Assembly: GCF_006345805.1 (NCBI RefSeq)
Contig: NC_043023.1
Coordinates: 15,872,001-15,936,000 of the forward strand
From: Octopus sinensis
Taxonomy: Eukaryota
DNA: 64,000 nt
Direction: 5' to 3'
Shown here piece after piece: positions 24,791 to 37,350 of this stretch (its first letter is position 1; each line of letters opens with the position of its first letter). A model generated the notes under the pieces. The model searched no databases and had not been told where the DNA came from. It saw only the letters and a program-made list of their open reading frames with translations. The position numbers and the translations under genes are program-made.

Positions 24791-25127
24791 GGGTAAAGAC
24801 CCCCTTCGGTCATGAATGACCATGGGATTGCACCTAGAAAGTTACCCTCCTAGACACAAGTCCGGGCAAGGTTGTTTATGGAAGACCAGCAGTCGCCCAT
24901 GCATACCGGCCTCCCCTCTCCACGCCACCAGTGTTATCCAAGGGAAAGACAAAGGCCGATACAGCTTGGCACCCCTGACGTCACAACTCATTTCTACAGC
25001 TGAGTGAACTGGAGCAACGTGAAATAAAGTGCCTTGCTCAAGAACACAACACGCAGCCCGGTCCGGGATTCGAGCTCACAACCTCACGATCGTAAGCTCG
25101 ACGCTCTAACCACTGAGCCATGCGCCA
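24791..25127 (-). mobile_element. tRNA-derived SINE, family C-related
   Basis: Minus-strand GGCGCATGGCTCAGTGGTTAGAGCGTC...GCTCGAATCCCGG tRNA-like head. Confidence 0.75.
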
Positions 25128-25329
25128 TCCATCTATATCTATCTATCTATCTATATAATATATCTATCTATCTACCTACCTATCTATCTATCTATCTATC
25201 TATATATATATATATCCATCTATATCTATCTATCTATCTATCTATCTATATATATATATATCCATCTATATCTATCTATCTATCTATATATATACATCTT
25301 ATATATATATATCCATCTATATCTATCTA

Positions 25330-25374
<45 letters not shown>

Positions 25375-25469
25375 TATCCATCTATATCTATCATATATAT
25401 AATCCCCATTCTATATATCTATATATATATCCATCTATATCTATCTATCTATCTATCTATCTATTATAT

Positions 25470-25513
<44 letters not shown>

Positions 25514-25736
25514 ATATATATATATCCATCTATATATATATATATCCATCTATATACATATATATATATCCATCCATCTATATCTATATATATATCCATC
25601 CATCTAATCTATCTATCTATATATATATATATATCCATCTATATCTATCTATCTATCTATTATATATATATATATCCATCTATATCTATCTATCTCTATA
25701 TATATATATATATATATATCCATCTATATCTATCTA

Positions 25737-25813
<77 letters not shown>

Positions 25814-25895
25814 ATCTATATCTATATATATATATATATATATATATTCCATCTATATCTATATATATAATATATATATACTATATATATATATA
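25128..25895. repeat. (TA)n/(TCTA)n compound microsatellite
   Basis: Visible directly; the same type of tract resumes at 29626 and 30183-30650. Confidence 0.95.
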
Positions 25896-28891
25896 TCAAC
25901 AATCAAGGAACGGCCATATAGGCCATTCACCCACTAGAAATAACAGCCAAAGCTTCAACCGCAATAAAGATTAATTCCGTAAACAGGAAAATTTTAAAAA
26001 CATTACCCTGTAATTCTTGTACGATGCACCGTTTCGTCTGCTGTTGATGGTTTAAACTAACCTGATTAATTAAATCAAGCCAATCTTCCATAGGCCCTCA
26101 GATTCTTCAGCAAGAAATAGCCAAGTCGGAACAGATATTTTCACGAGGCATTCCGACCCTGCCAAGGCAATATAGACCTAAAATTTTCAAATCGTCGCAC
26201 TCGCGCCAAATTTATCGGCAGCAAATAAATATAAGCCGTGATTCCATTACGGAATTAACCACAAAATTCATAATTAATCAATATAGGGTGGCGAAAAAAA
26301 TTTTGTAGAATTCTTTTTGCCACCAGCGGCCTAGTGGGAAAAAATAAATAGTCTAGACCATTTTTAAGTTCAACATCACAACAATCAAGGAACGGCCATA
26401 ATAGGCCATTCACCCACTAGAAATAACAGCCAAAGCTTCAACCGCAAAAAAGATAATTCCGTAAACAGAGGAAAATTTAAAAAACATTTACCCTGTAATT
26501 TCTTGTACGATGCACCGTTCGTCTGCTGTTTAATGGTAAACTAACCTGATTAAATTAAATCAAGCCAATCTTCCATAGGCCCTCAGATTCTTCAGCAAGA
26601 AATAGCAAAGTCGAACAGATATTTTCACGAGGCATTTCCGACCCTGCCAGGCAATATCTGACCTAAAATTTTCAAATCGTCGCACTCGCGCCAAATTATC
26701 GGCAGCAAATAAATATAAGCCGTCGATTCCATTACGGAATTAACCAGAAAATTCATAATTAATCAATTATAGGGTGCGAAAAAAAATTTTGTAGAATTCT
26801 TTTTGCCACCAGCGGCCTAGTGGGAAAAAATTAAATAGTCATAGACCATTTTTAAGTTCAACATCAACAATCAAGGAACGGCCATAATAGGCCATTCACC
26901 CACTAGAAATAACAGCCAAAGCTTCAACCGCAAATAAAGATTAATTCCGTAAACAGGAGAAAATTTTAAAAACATTTACCCTGTAATTCTTGTACGATGC
27001 ACCGTTTCGTCTGCTGTTTAATGGTAAACTAACCTGATTAAAATTGAAATCAAGCCAATCTTCCATAGGCCCTCAGATTCTTCAGCAAGAAAAGAAATAG
27101 CCAAGTCGGAACAGATATTTTCACGAGGCATTTCCGACCCTGCCAAGGCAATATCTGACCTAAAATTTTCAAATCGTCGCCACTCGCGCCAAATTTATCG
27201 GCAGCAAATAAATATAAGCCGTCGATTCCATTACGGAATAACCAGAAAATTCATAATTAATCAATATAGGGTGGCGAAAAAAAATTTGTAGAATTCTTTT
27301 TGCCACCAGCGGCCTAGTGGAAAAAATTAAATAGTCATAGACCATTTTTAAGTTCAACATCAACAATCAAGGAACGGCCATAATAGGCCATTCACCCACT
27401 AGAAATAACAGCCAAAGCTTCAACCGCAAATAAAGATTAATTCCGTAAACAGGAGAAAATTTAAAAAACATTTACCCTGTAATTTCTTGTACGATGCACC
27501 GTTTCGTCTGCTGTTTAATGGTAAACTAACCTGATTAAATTAAATCAAGCCAATCTTCCATGCCCTCAGATTCTTCAGCAAGAAATAGCCAAGTCGGAAC
27601 CGATATTTTCACGAGGCATTTCCGACCCTGCCAAGGCAATATCTGACCTAAAATTTTCAAATCGTCGCACTCGCGCCAAATTTATCGGCAGCAAATAATA
27701 TATAAGCCGTCGATTCCATTACGGATTAACCAGAAAATTCATAATTAATCAATATAGGGTGGGAAAAAAAATTTTGTAGAATTCTTTTTGCCACCAGCGG
27801 CCTAGTGGGAAAAAATTAAATAGTCATAGACCATTTTTAAGTTCAACATATCAACAATCAAGGAACGGCCATAATAGGCCATTCACCCACTAGAAATAAC
27901 AGCCAAAGCTTCAACCGCAAATAAAATTAATTCCGTAAACAGGAGAAAATTTAAAAAACATTTACCCTGTAATTTCTTGTACGATGCACCGTTTCGTCTG
28001 CTGTTTAATGGTAAACTAACCTGATTAAATTAAATCAAGCCAATCTTCCATAGGCCCTCAGATTCTTCAGCAAGAAATAGCCAAGTCGGAACCGATATTT
28101 TCACGAGGCATTTCCGACCCTGCCAAGGCAATATCTGACCTAAAATTTTCAAATCGTCGCACTCGCGCCAAATTTATCGGCAGCAAATAAATATAAGCCG
28201 TCGATTCCATTACGGAATTAACCAGAAAATTCATAATTAATCAATATAGGGTGGCGAAAAAAAAATTTTGTAGAATTCTTTTTGCCACCAGCGGCCTAGT
28301 GGGAAAAAATTAAATAGTCATAGACCATTTTTAAGTTCAACATCAACAATCAAGGAACGGCCATAATAGGCCATTCACCCACTAGAAATAACAGCCAAAG
28401 CTTCAACCGCAAATAAAGATTAATTCCGTAAACAGGAGAAAATTTTAAAAACATTTACCCTGTAATTTCTTGTACGATGCACCTTCGTCTGCTGTTTAAT
28501 GGTAAACTAACCTGATTAAATTAAATCAAGCCAATCTTCCATGGCCTCAGATTCTTCAGCAAGAAATAGCCAAGTCGGAACGATATTTTCACGAGGCATT
28601 TCCGACCCTGCCAAGGCAATATCTGACCTAAAATTTTCAATCGTCGCACTCGCGCCAAATTTATCGGCAGCAAATAAATATAAGCCGTCGATTCCATACG
28701 GAATTAACCAGAAAATTCATAATTAATCAATATAGGGTGGCGAAAAAAATTTTGTAGAATTCTTTTTGCCACCAGCGGCCTAGTGGAAAAAAATTAAATA
28801 GTCATAGACCATTTTTAAGTTCAACATCAACAATCAAGGAACGGCCATAATAGGCCATTCACCCACTAGAAATAACAGCCAAAGCTTCAAC
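25896..28891 (-). mobile_element. Tandem array of ~490-bp units (6 full + 1 partial), each with a minus-strand hammerhead motif: retrozyme/PLE-LTR-like
   Basis: Unit start CAACAATCAAGGAACGGCC near 25897, 26380, 26864, 27361, 27852, 28344 and 28828; no ORF; units differ mainly by homopolymer indels. Confidence 0.85.
27972..28078 (-). ncRNA. Type I hammerhead ribozyme (representative array copy)
   Basis: ATTTCTTG-CTGAAGA-aTCTG..long hairpin..CAGAc-GAAAC-GGTGCATC-GTA-CAAGAAAT; equivalents near 26012, 26498, 26986, 27482 and 28464. Confidence 0.8.
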
Positions 28892-29625
28892 GGTGAATCG
28901 TACAAGAAATTACAGGGTAAATGTTTTTTAAATTTTCTCCTGTTTACGGAATTAATCTTTATTTGCGGTTTGAAGCTTTGGCTGTTATTTCTAGTGGGTG
29001 AATGGCCTATTATGGCCGTTCCTTGATTGTTGATGTTGAACTTAAAAATGGTCTATGACTATTTAATTTTTTCCCACTAGGCCGCTGTGGAAAAAAAGAA
29101 TTCTACAAAATTTTTTTCGGCACCCTATATTGATTAATTATGAATTTTCTGGTTAATTCCGTAATGGAATCGACGGCTTTATATTTATTTGCTGCCGATA
29201 AATTTGGCGCGAGTGCGACGATTTGAAAATTTTAGGTCAGATATTGCCTTGGCAGGGTCGGAAATGCCTCGTGAAAATATCGGTCCGACTTGGCTATTTC
29301 TTGCTGAAGAATCTGAGGGCCTATTGGAAGATTGGCTTGATTTAATTTAATCAGGTTAGTTTACCATTAAACAGCAGACGAAACGGTGCATCGTACAAGA
29401 AATTACAGGGTAAATGTTTTTTAAATTTTCTCCTTTACGGAATTAATCTTTATTGCGGTTTGAAGCTTTGGCTGTTTTCTATGGGTGAATGGCCTATTAT
29501 GGCCGTTCCTGATTGTTGATGTTGAACTTAAAAATGGTCTATGACTATTTAATTTTTTCCCACTAGGCCGCTGGTGGCAAAAAGAATTCTACAAAATTTT
29601 TTTTCGCCACCCTATATTGATTAAT
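28890..29625 (+). repeat. Inverted ~1.5 copies of the 490-bp unit
   Basis: Reverse complement of the array, beginning inside hammerhead stem III (ACGGTGAATCGTACAAGAAAT). Confidence 0.9.
29296..29403 (+). ncRNA. Type I hammerhead ribozyme in the inverted unit
   Basis: 8-bp stem I (29296-29303 with 29396-29403), CTGAAGA at 29304, GAAAC at 29380, GTA triplet 29393-29395. Confidence 0.8.
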
Positions 29626-29730
29626 AAAATATATATATATATATATATCCATCTATATCTATCTATATATTATATAATATATATCTATATATATATATAT
29701 AATACATATATATATAATATATATGTTAGT

Positions 29731-30182
29731 AATGCTTGTGTTAGTAATACCAGCGATTATAATTATTTTTATTTTATCGCAATTTGATTTGTTACATATT
29801 TCTCGATAAATTACGAGCGCCAGGCGATATACCAGAATTCCCTAGTTTTGTCGGGGACGTTCGGAGTCTGCGCAGTGATACGATTAGTTAGGGAGAGTAA
29901 ACCATTAGACGCACATGCTTCTAGTGAGTTAGGATCCCAGAGAAACAGGGTCTCACTGAAGAATTCTCCCTGAGCAAATAATTATCTTTATTGCTGAAAA
30001 GAAAGAAACTGCAGTCTGAGATTACCGGTTTAGTAATGTTTTTATCTTCATTTCACTTAATTTATCAAGCTTCTGTATTCCTAGCACATATTTCGCCTTA
30101 ATGTACTGATATATGAAAATATATGGCTTGTTTAGTAATACCGCGATTATATTATTTTATTTTATCGCAATTTGATTTGTTT
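29731..30182 (+). mobile_element. About 390-bp hammerhead-bearing element with ~60-bp terminal redundancy
   Basis: TTAGTAATACC..GCGATTAT..TTTTATCGCAATTTGATTTGTT at both ends; flanked by (TA)n. Confidence 0.65.
29950..30022 (+). ncRNA. Type I hammerhead ribozyme
   Basis: TCTCA-CTGAAGA-aTTCT...AGAAa-GAAAC-TGCA-GTC-TGAGA. Confidence 0.75.
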
Positions 30183-30185
30183 ATA

Positions 30186-30222
<37 letters not shown>

Positions 30223-30385
30223 ATCTATATCTATCTATATATAATATATATATATATATCATCTATATCTATCTATATATATATATATAATATATAACCA
30301 TCTATATCTATCTATATATATATATATATAATCCATCTATATCTATCTATCTATATATATATATATATCCATCTATATCTATCTA

Positions 30386-30424
<39 letters not shown>

Positions 30425-30620
30425 TCTATATCTATCTCTGATATATATATATCCATCTATATCTATCTATCTATATATATATATATCCATCTATTCTCTC
30501 TCTATATATATATATATATATCCATCTATACCTATCTATCTATCTAATATATATATATCCATCTATATCATCGATCTATCTATATATATATATATATATT
30601 ATATATATAATCCATCTATA

Positions 30621-30654
<34 letters not shown>

Positions 30655-30778
30655 TTCAAACATATAAGGGATGGCCATAATAGGACATCCGACTCACTAG
30701 AAAGAGCAGTTAAACTCCAAACCACTAATAGTTGTAATTCTGAAATGGAAAGAGAAATAAAAACGTTTACCCTCTCCT

Positions 30779-30858
30779 TTCTGGACTATGCATAGTTTCG
30801 GCAATCTTTTGTAAATAAAATAAATTTATTTACAACTGGCGTTGCCTCTTCAGCAGAA
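30779..30858 (-). ncRNA. Type I hammerhead ribozyme, canonical core
   Basis: Minus strand TTCTG-CTGAAGA-GGCAA...TTGCC-GAAAC-TATGCATA-GTC-CAGAA. Confidence 0.85.
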
Positions 30859-31289
30859 TGCCAAGGATTAGCGTATAGCCACGATGCGATAATAGCCATG
30901 CCTCGAGTCTATATGCTATAACTTTTCTCCACACCACCCTCTCTGTCCCTTTGCTTCACTCTCTGGTACCTCTATCCCGCCCTCTCTCTGCCTTTCTTCT
31001 CCCTGCTCCCCCTAAGGTCCATCCCCTTGTCTCTCTTTTCCTCCCAGTCCCTTTTCTTTCTTTCTACTACACCTCTATCCCGCTCACTCTCCCCCTGCTG
31101 ACCTGCCATTCTTTCTCTTTTTTCTCTCTTTTTTTCTCTTCTCTCAGGACAATCCCCTCGTCTCTCTCTCTCTCTCTCCCCCCCCCCGGCTGATCTGCCA
31201 CCTGCTTTTCTCCTTTCTCCTCTCCCTCTCAGGTCAACCATCTTATCTTTCCTTCTCTCTCAGTTCCTATATTTCACTCTCACTGTATC

Positions 31290-31720
31290 TCGGGTCTGTG
31301 AGGAAGAAAAATATAAAAGAAGGAAAAATGGCGCACTGACCACTCCTGAAAGACGATATGCGGATGTAGTGCGCGGTAGCCCAACAAATGGCCGGCTTCA
31401 CCCAGAGGTGAGAAGGGCAGCAGCTGAACTGCAATCTTTTTTGTGCATGGCACAAAAAATTGTTCAGCAGCTGACCTGGCTACAAACAGAAAGCTGGAAG
31501 TACCATCACATAAGGCCACCACCACAGACACCACAAAAATATTTCTACTTAATGTAGGAGGGCTGCTGCGAGGCAACTGTAAAAGGAAAATCTCATTCCT
31601 GAGAGACCTTGTGACATGCAATCAAGCTATATGCATGGCACTCACAGAAACGCATCTTGGACCCGATATAGGGGATGCAGAAATACACATACCGCAATAT
31701 GCAGTCATACGCTCAGACAA
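31290..31720 (+). mobile_element. LINE fragment: ORF1 end and AP-endonuclease N-terminus
   Basis: KIFLLNVGGL...MALTETHL...EIHIPQYAVIRSD. Confidence 0.75.
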
Positions 31721-31803
31721 CCGATGTTCTCCGGGGGCTGCAAGCTACAGTAACACCCACGCTTAGTGGTTAGCCATATTAAGATGGCTAGAATACCTCA
31801 CAT

Positions 31804-31837
<34 letters not shown>

Positions 31838-32004
31838 ATATATATTATATATATACGGTTAAGTAATTGAGATTCTAGTGAATTCTAAAGAATTCACATG
31901 AATATGGTCCTTAACTAGGATGCACCGGAAATCTATATGGTGTTAACCATACGACAAGTGGGGTGATTACAAATAGGAAAAAAGCAACGAGAATGGATTA
32001 AAAT

Positions 32005-32090
32005 CTCGGTACGATCGTTTCGTACGAGGACATCTTTAATAAGCTACAAAAAATGCAGTGAATACAGATGGCTCGTACTCGTCAGCCGAA
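32005..32090 (-). ncRNA. Type I hammerhead ribozyme, canonical core
   Basis: Minus strand TTCGG-CTGACGA-GTACGAG...CTCGTAC-GAAAC-GATC-GTA-CCGAG. Confidence 0.85.
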
Positions 32091-32212
32091 AAAACATCAG
32101 AGAATTCCCAAACATATATATATATATATATATATAATTATAATAAAGGGTTATTTGCAACAAGTTGCTTAAACCACATACCGAAAATAATAGAAACAGC
32201 AGCCAAATAGGC

Positions 32213-32402
32213 TACTATTACTACAAAAATAAGTCTCCACAAACAACAGTATTTGCAACCCGTATATGGTAAAAGGAAGGAAGGCAACGAAATCACACAG
32301 TCTAATCCAGGAGACCGTGTGATTTCATTGCCTTTCTTCTTTTTACCATATATGGGTTACAAATACTGTTGTTTGTGGAGACTTATTTTTGTAGTAATAG
32401 TA
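32213..32402. repeat. Imperfect hairpin, about 90-bp arms
   Basis: TACTATTACTACAAAAATAAGTCTCC... mirrored by ...GGAGACTTATTTTTGTAGTAATAGTA. Confidence 0.85.
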
Positions 32403-32654
32403 ATGTCTCTCTGGAGCACCGCCTTTAGTCGAGCAAATCGACCCCGGGACTTATTCTTTGTAAGCCCAGTACTTATTCTATCGGTCCCTTTTTGCCGAAC
32501 CGCTAAGTGACGGGGACGTAAACACAGCATCGGTTGTCAAGCAATGCTAGGGGGACAAACACAGACACACAAACACACACATGTATATATAGGACGGGCT
32601 TCTTTCAGTTTCCGTCTACCAAATTGACTCACAAAGCTTTGGTCGGCCCGGGTG

Positions 32655-35600
32655 CCACGCAGTGGGACTGAACCCGGAACCATGTGGTTGGTTAGCAAGC
32701 TACTTACCATACAGTCACTCAGAATTTCCCAGATTTTTAACACTTCAATGGCGTCGATCAGAGAAACAGACTCCACGGTTAATATTAGTAATCTACGTGT
32801 TCGTTAAACTTTAGTGAGTGAAAGAGCGGGAGGGGGAAGTAGGAAGTAAGGCGAATGAATACAGTCATATTAAGAGAGAGAGAGAGGGGAGTGGCCACGA
32901 AAGGCGGTTATATTGAGAGACAGAGGAGATAGAATATGTATGAACGAAAGTAGATATAAACAAGCAAATTGCAGCAAACCTTCGTACATCCAGGCGTGCC
33001 ATAGAGACCATTGTATAAATCCGATTACGTTGCCAATTAAACTTTCTCTTTCGTATTTCGTGCACATGCGCAGTGTGTAAGTTTTTTGGGCGGGGCATCT
33101 TTTCCTTTTGGACGGCAGACATTTCTAGTTAACTAAACACTTTTAAACTTCGTATACTGGTAGAATGTGTCAAAATAAAACATTTCTTGGATCTTTTCCT
33201 TTTGAACGGCAGTTTTCAACACAATTTCTAGTTAACTAAACACTTTTTAAACTTCGTATACTGGTAGAATGTGTCAAAATAAAACATTTCTTGGATCTTT
33301 TCCTTTTGAACGGCAGTTTTCAACACAATTTCTAGTTAACTAAATACTTTTAAACTTCGTATACTGGTAGAATGTGTCAAAATGAAACATTTATTCTCTT
33401 GGCTTTCTTGAGAAAATTGTAATTTGTTTAACGTAGTTTAATTTTTCGAATTTTAACCAATCCTATGCTCTCTTTTGAGCTAAAATCATTTGCTGCGTCT
33501 AAAACTGAGACAACATCATACACACGGAAAGCGTGTGTATAAAATTATTTTGTTTGTTAATTGTTTAAATCATTTCTCTAGGAAAAGGAAAGAAAAAGAA
33601 TCAGATTTTTTTCCGTTTGATCGACAGATCGATAGATTAATTTTTTTGGCGATCTTTCGTTTGTAGTAGCACGTTTCCGTCGATGAATTCCGTAAAAAAC
33701 TTTTATTTTTTTACATATGGGCTTGCGGGAACATTTGAAGTAATGAGAGCGAAAGAGACTAAGAGGAAGCGATTGTATGACGAGGGAATTTCTTTTGAAG
33801 TCCCCGAAGCATTGATGTACATGTGTGTGTGTGTTTGATGGGGTGTGGGAGACAGACAGTATGTTGTGTAAGTGAAGTGCTTCTGTTAGTGTGTGTGAAG
33901 AGACAGAGAGAGTAATGTGTGAAAGAGAGAGATAACTGAAATTTTTTACTCGGTGTATGTGTATATGTATGTGTGTGTGTGTATGTATGTATGGCCGATT
34001 CAGTGTAATTTTTTACTCGGTGTATGTGTATATGTATGTCTGAATGTATGTGTGTGTGTGTGTAAGTATGTGTGTGTGTATGTATGTATGTATGTATGGC
34101 CGATTCAGTGTACACTGAATCGGCCATACATACATTCAGACATACATATACACATACACCGAGTAAATAATTACACTGAATCGGCCATACATACATACAT
34201 ACACACACACATACATAGATACATACACACACACACATACATGCAGACATACATATACACATACACCGAGTAAAAAATTTCACTTATCTCTCTCTTTCAC
34301 ACATTACTCTCTCTGTCTCTTCACACACACTAACAGAAGCACTTCACTTACACAACATACTGTCTGTCTCCCACACCCCATCAAACACACACACACACAC
34401 ACATGTACATCAATGCTTTCCATGCACGGTAACTTCAAAAGAACTTCCCTCGTCATACAATCGCTTCCTCTTAGTCTCTTTCGCTCTCGTTACTTCAAAG
34501 GTTCCCGCAAGCCCATATGTAAAAAAATAAAAGTTTTTTACGGAAATCATCGACGGAAACGTGCTACTACAAACGAAAGATCGCCGCTGGCCGGCTCGAG
34601 GCTATAGGAGAAGACACTTGCCCAAAATGCCACGCAGTGGGACTGAACCCGGAACCATGTGGTTGGTTAGCAAGCTACTTACCATACAGTCACTCAGAAT
34701 TTCCCAGATTTTTAACACTTCAATGGGGTCGATCAGAGAAACAGACTCCACAGTTAATATTAGTAATCTACGTGTTCGTTAAACTTTAGTGAGTGAAAGA
34801 GCGGGAGGGGGAAGTAGGAAGTAAGGCGAATGAATACAGTCATATTAAGAGAGAGAGAGAGGGGGGTGGCCACGAAAGGCGGTTATATTGAGAGACAGAG
34901 GAGATAGAACATGTATGAACGAAAGTAGATATAAACAAGAAAATTGCAGCAAACCGTAATGGTACATCCAGGCGTGCCATAGAGACCATCGTATAAATCC
35001 GATCGCCGTTGCTAATTAACCTTTCACTTTCGTATTTCGTGCACATGCGCAGTGTGTAAGTTTTTTGGGCGGGGCATCTTTTCCTTTTGGACGGCAGACA
35101 TTTCTAGTTAACTAAACACTTTAAAACTTCGTATACTGGTAGAATGTGTCAAAATAAAACATTTTTTTGGATCTTTTCCTTTTGAACGGCAGTTTTCAAC
35201 ACAATTTCTAGTTAACTAAACACTTTTAAACTTCGTATACTGGTAGAATGCGTCAAAATAAAACATTTTTTTGGATCTTTTCCTTTTGAACGGCACATGT
35301 CAGCACAATTTCTAGTTCACTAAATACTTTTAAACTTCGTATACTGGTAGAATGTGTCAAAATAAAACATTTTTTTCTCTTGGCTTTCTTGAGAAAATTA
35401 TAATTTGTTTGTTTAACGTAGTTTAATTTTTCGAATTTTAACCAATCCTATGCTCTCTTTTGAGCTAAAATCATTTGCTGCGTCTAAAACTGGGACAACA
35501 TCATACACACGGAAAGCGTGTGTATAAAATTATTTTGTTTGTTAATTGTTTAAATCATTTCTCTAAGAAAAGGAAAGAAAAAGAATCAGATTTTTTTCCG

Positions 35601-36531
35601 TTTGATCGACAGATCGATAGATTAATTTTTTTGGCGATCTTTCGTTTGTAGTAGCACGTTTCCGTCGATGATTTCCGTAAAAAACTTTTATTTTTTTACA
35701 TATGGGCTTGCGGGAACATTTGAAGTAATGAGAGCGAAAGAGACTAAGAGGAAGCGATTTTATAACGAGGGAATTTCTTTTGAAGTCCCCGAAGCATTGA
35801 TGTACATGTGTGTGTGTGTGTTTGATGGGGTGTGGGAGACAGATAGTATGTTGTGTAAGTGAAGTGCTTCTGTTAGTGTGTGTGAAGAGACAGAGAGAGT
35901 AATGTGTGAAAGAGAGAGATAACTGAAATTTTTTACTCGGTGTATGTGTATATGTATGTGTGTGTGTGTATGTATGTATGTATGGCCGATTCAGTGTAAT
36001 TTTTTACTCGGTGTATGTGTATATGTATGTCTGAATGTATGTGTGTGTGTGTGTATGTATGTATGGCCGATTCAGTGTACACTGAATCGGCCATACATAC
36101 ATTCAGACATACATATACACATACACCGAGTAAATAATTACACTGAATCGGCCATACATACATACATACACACACACATACATACATACACACACATATG
36201 CAGACATACATATACACATACACCGAGTAAAAAATTTCAGTTATCTCTTTCTTTCACACATTACTCTCTCTGTCTCTTCACACACACTAACAGAAGCACT
36301 TCACTTACACAACATACTGTCTGTCTCCCACACCCCATCAAACACACACACACACATGTACATCAATGCTTCGGTAACTTCTAAAGAAATTCCCTCGTCA
36401 TACAATCGCTTCCTCTTAGTCTCTTTCGCTCTCATTACTTCAAATGTTCCTGCAAGCCCATATGTAAAAAAATAAAAGTTCTTTTACGGAAATCATTGAC
36501 GGAAACGTGCTACTACAAACGAAAGATCGCC
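32655..36531. repeat. About 1.97-kb tandem duplication, each copy ending in a ~0.9-kb palindrome
   Basis: 32655-34585 matches 34630-36531; palindrome centres CAGTGTACACTG at 34111/2 and 36078/9. Confidence 0.9.
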
Positions 36532-36933
36532 ATTTTTTTTTTAGCTAAACACTCTCAAACTTCGGACCCTGGTAGAATGTGTCATATAGAACATCTTTTA
36601 CTCCTAGCATTGTTGAGAAAGGTTATTGATTACCAAGTTATTTCATATTTAAGTTGTATTTCTTTAATTTCAACCAATCAATGGCGTGTATTCAGCAGAA
36701 TAAAATTACTGCTGTTGTTTGTCAACAACTTCCGGCGATGAATATTTCGTTTGTTACTGTTATTTATGACATCGTTGGTGCGCTTGTACTGGTTTTAGCT
36801 TTAGGGTTTGGGTTACGGAAAAAAGTGAAAAATGTAGAAATTGGAGGGGAAGGGGGGGTGTAAAAATTCCGATTTTGGGAAATTTTCCGGATTCTCCAAA
36901 TCCGAAAAGCTGCATTTTTGGCAAAAAAAAAAT

Positions 36934-37099
36934 AGGCGCAGGTGTGGCTGTGTGGTAAGTAGCATGTTTACCAACCACATGGTTCCGGGTTCAGTCCCAC
37001 TGCGTGACACCTTGGGCAAGTGTCTTCTACTATAGCCTCGGGCCGACCAAAGCCTTGTGAGTGGATTTGGTAGACGGAAACTGAAAGAAGCCCGTCGTA

Positions 37100-37136
<37 letters not shown>

Positions 37137-37350
37137 GTGTGTGTGTTTGTGTGTCTGTGTTTGCCCCCCTAGCATTGCTTGACAACCGATGCTGATGTGT
37201 TTACGTCCCCGTCACTTAGCGGTTCGGCAAAAGAGACCGATAGGATAAGTACTGGGGTTACAAAAGAATAAGTTCCAGGGTCGATTAAAGGTGGTGCTCC
37301 AGCATGGCCAGTCAAATAACTGAAACAAGTAAAAGAGTAAAAGAGAGAGT
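36934..37350 (+). mobile_element. SINE family A, near full length
   Basis: GGCGCAGGTGTGGCTGTGTGG head to AAGTAAAAGAGT tail. Confidence 0.85.

Noticed and set aside
25055-25127. tRNA-like sequences
   Set aside because: They are SINE heads continuous with SINE bodies, not standalone tRNA genes
25896-28891. CRISPR-like or rDNA-like array
   Set aside because: Units are near-identical throughout with no unique spacers, and no rRNA or snRNA sequence is recognisable
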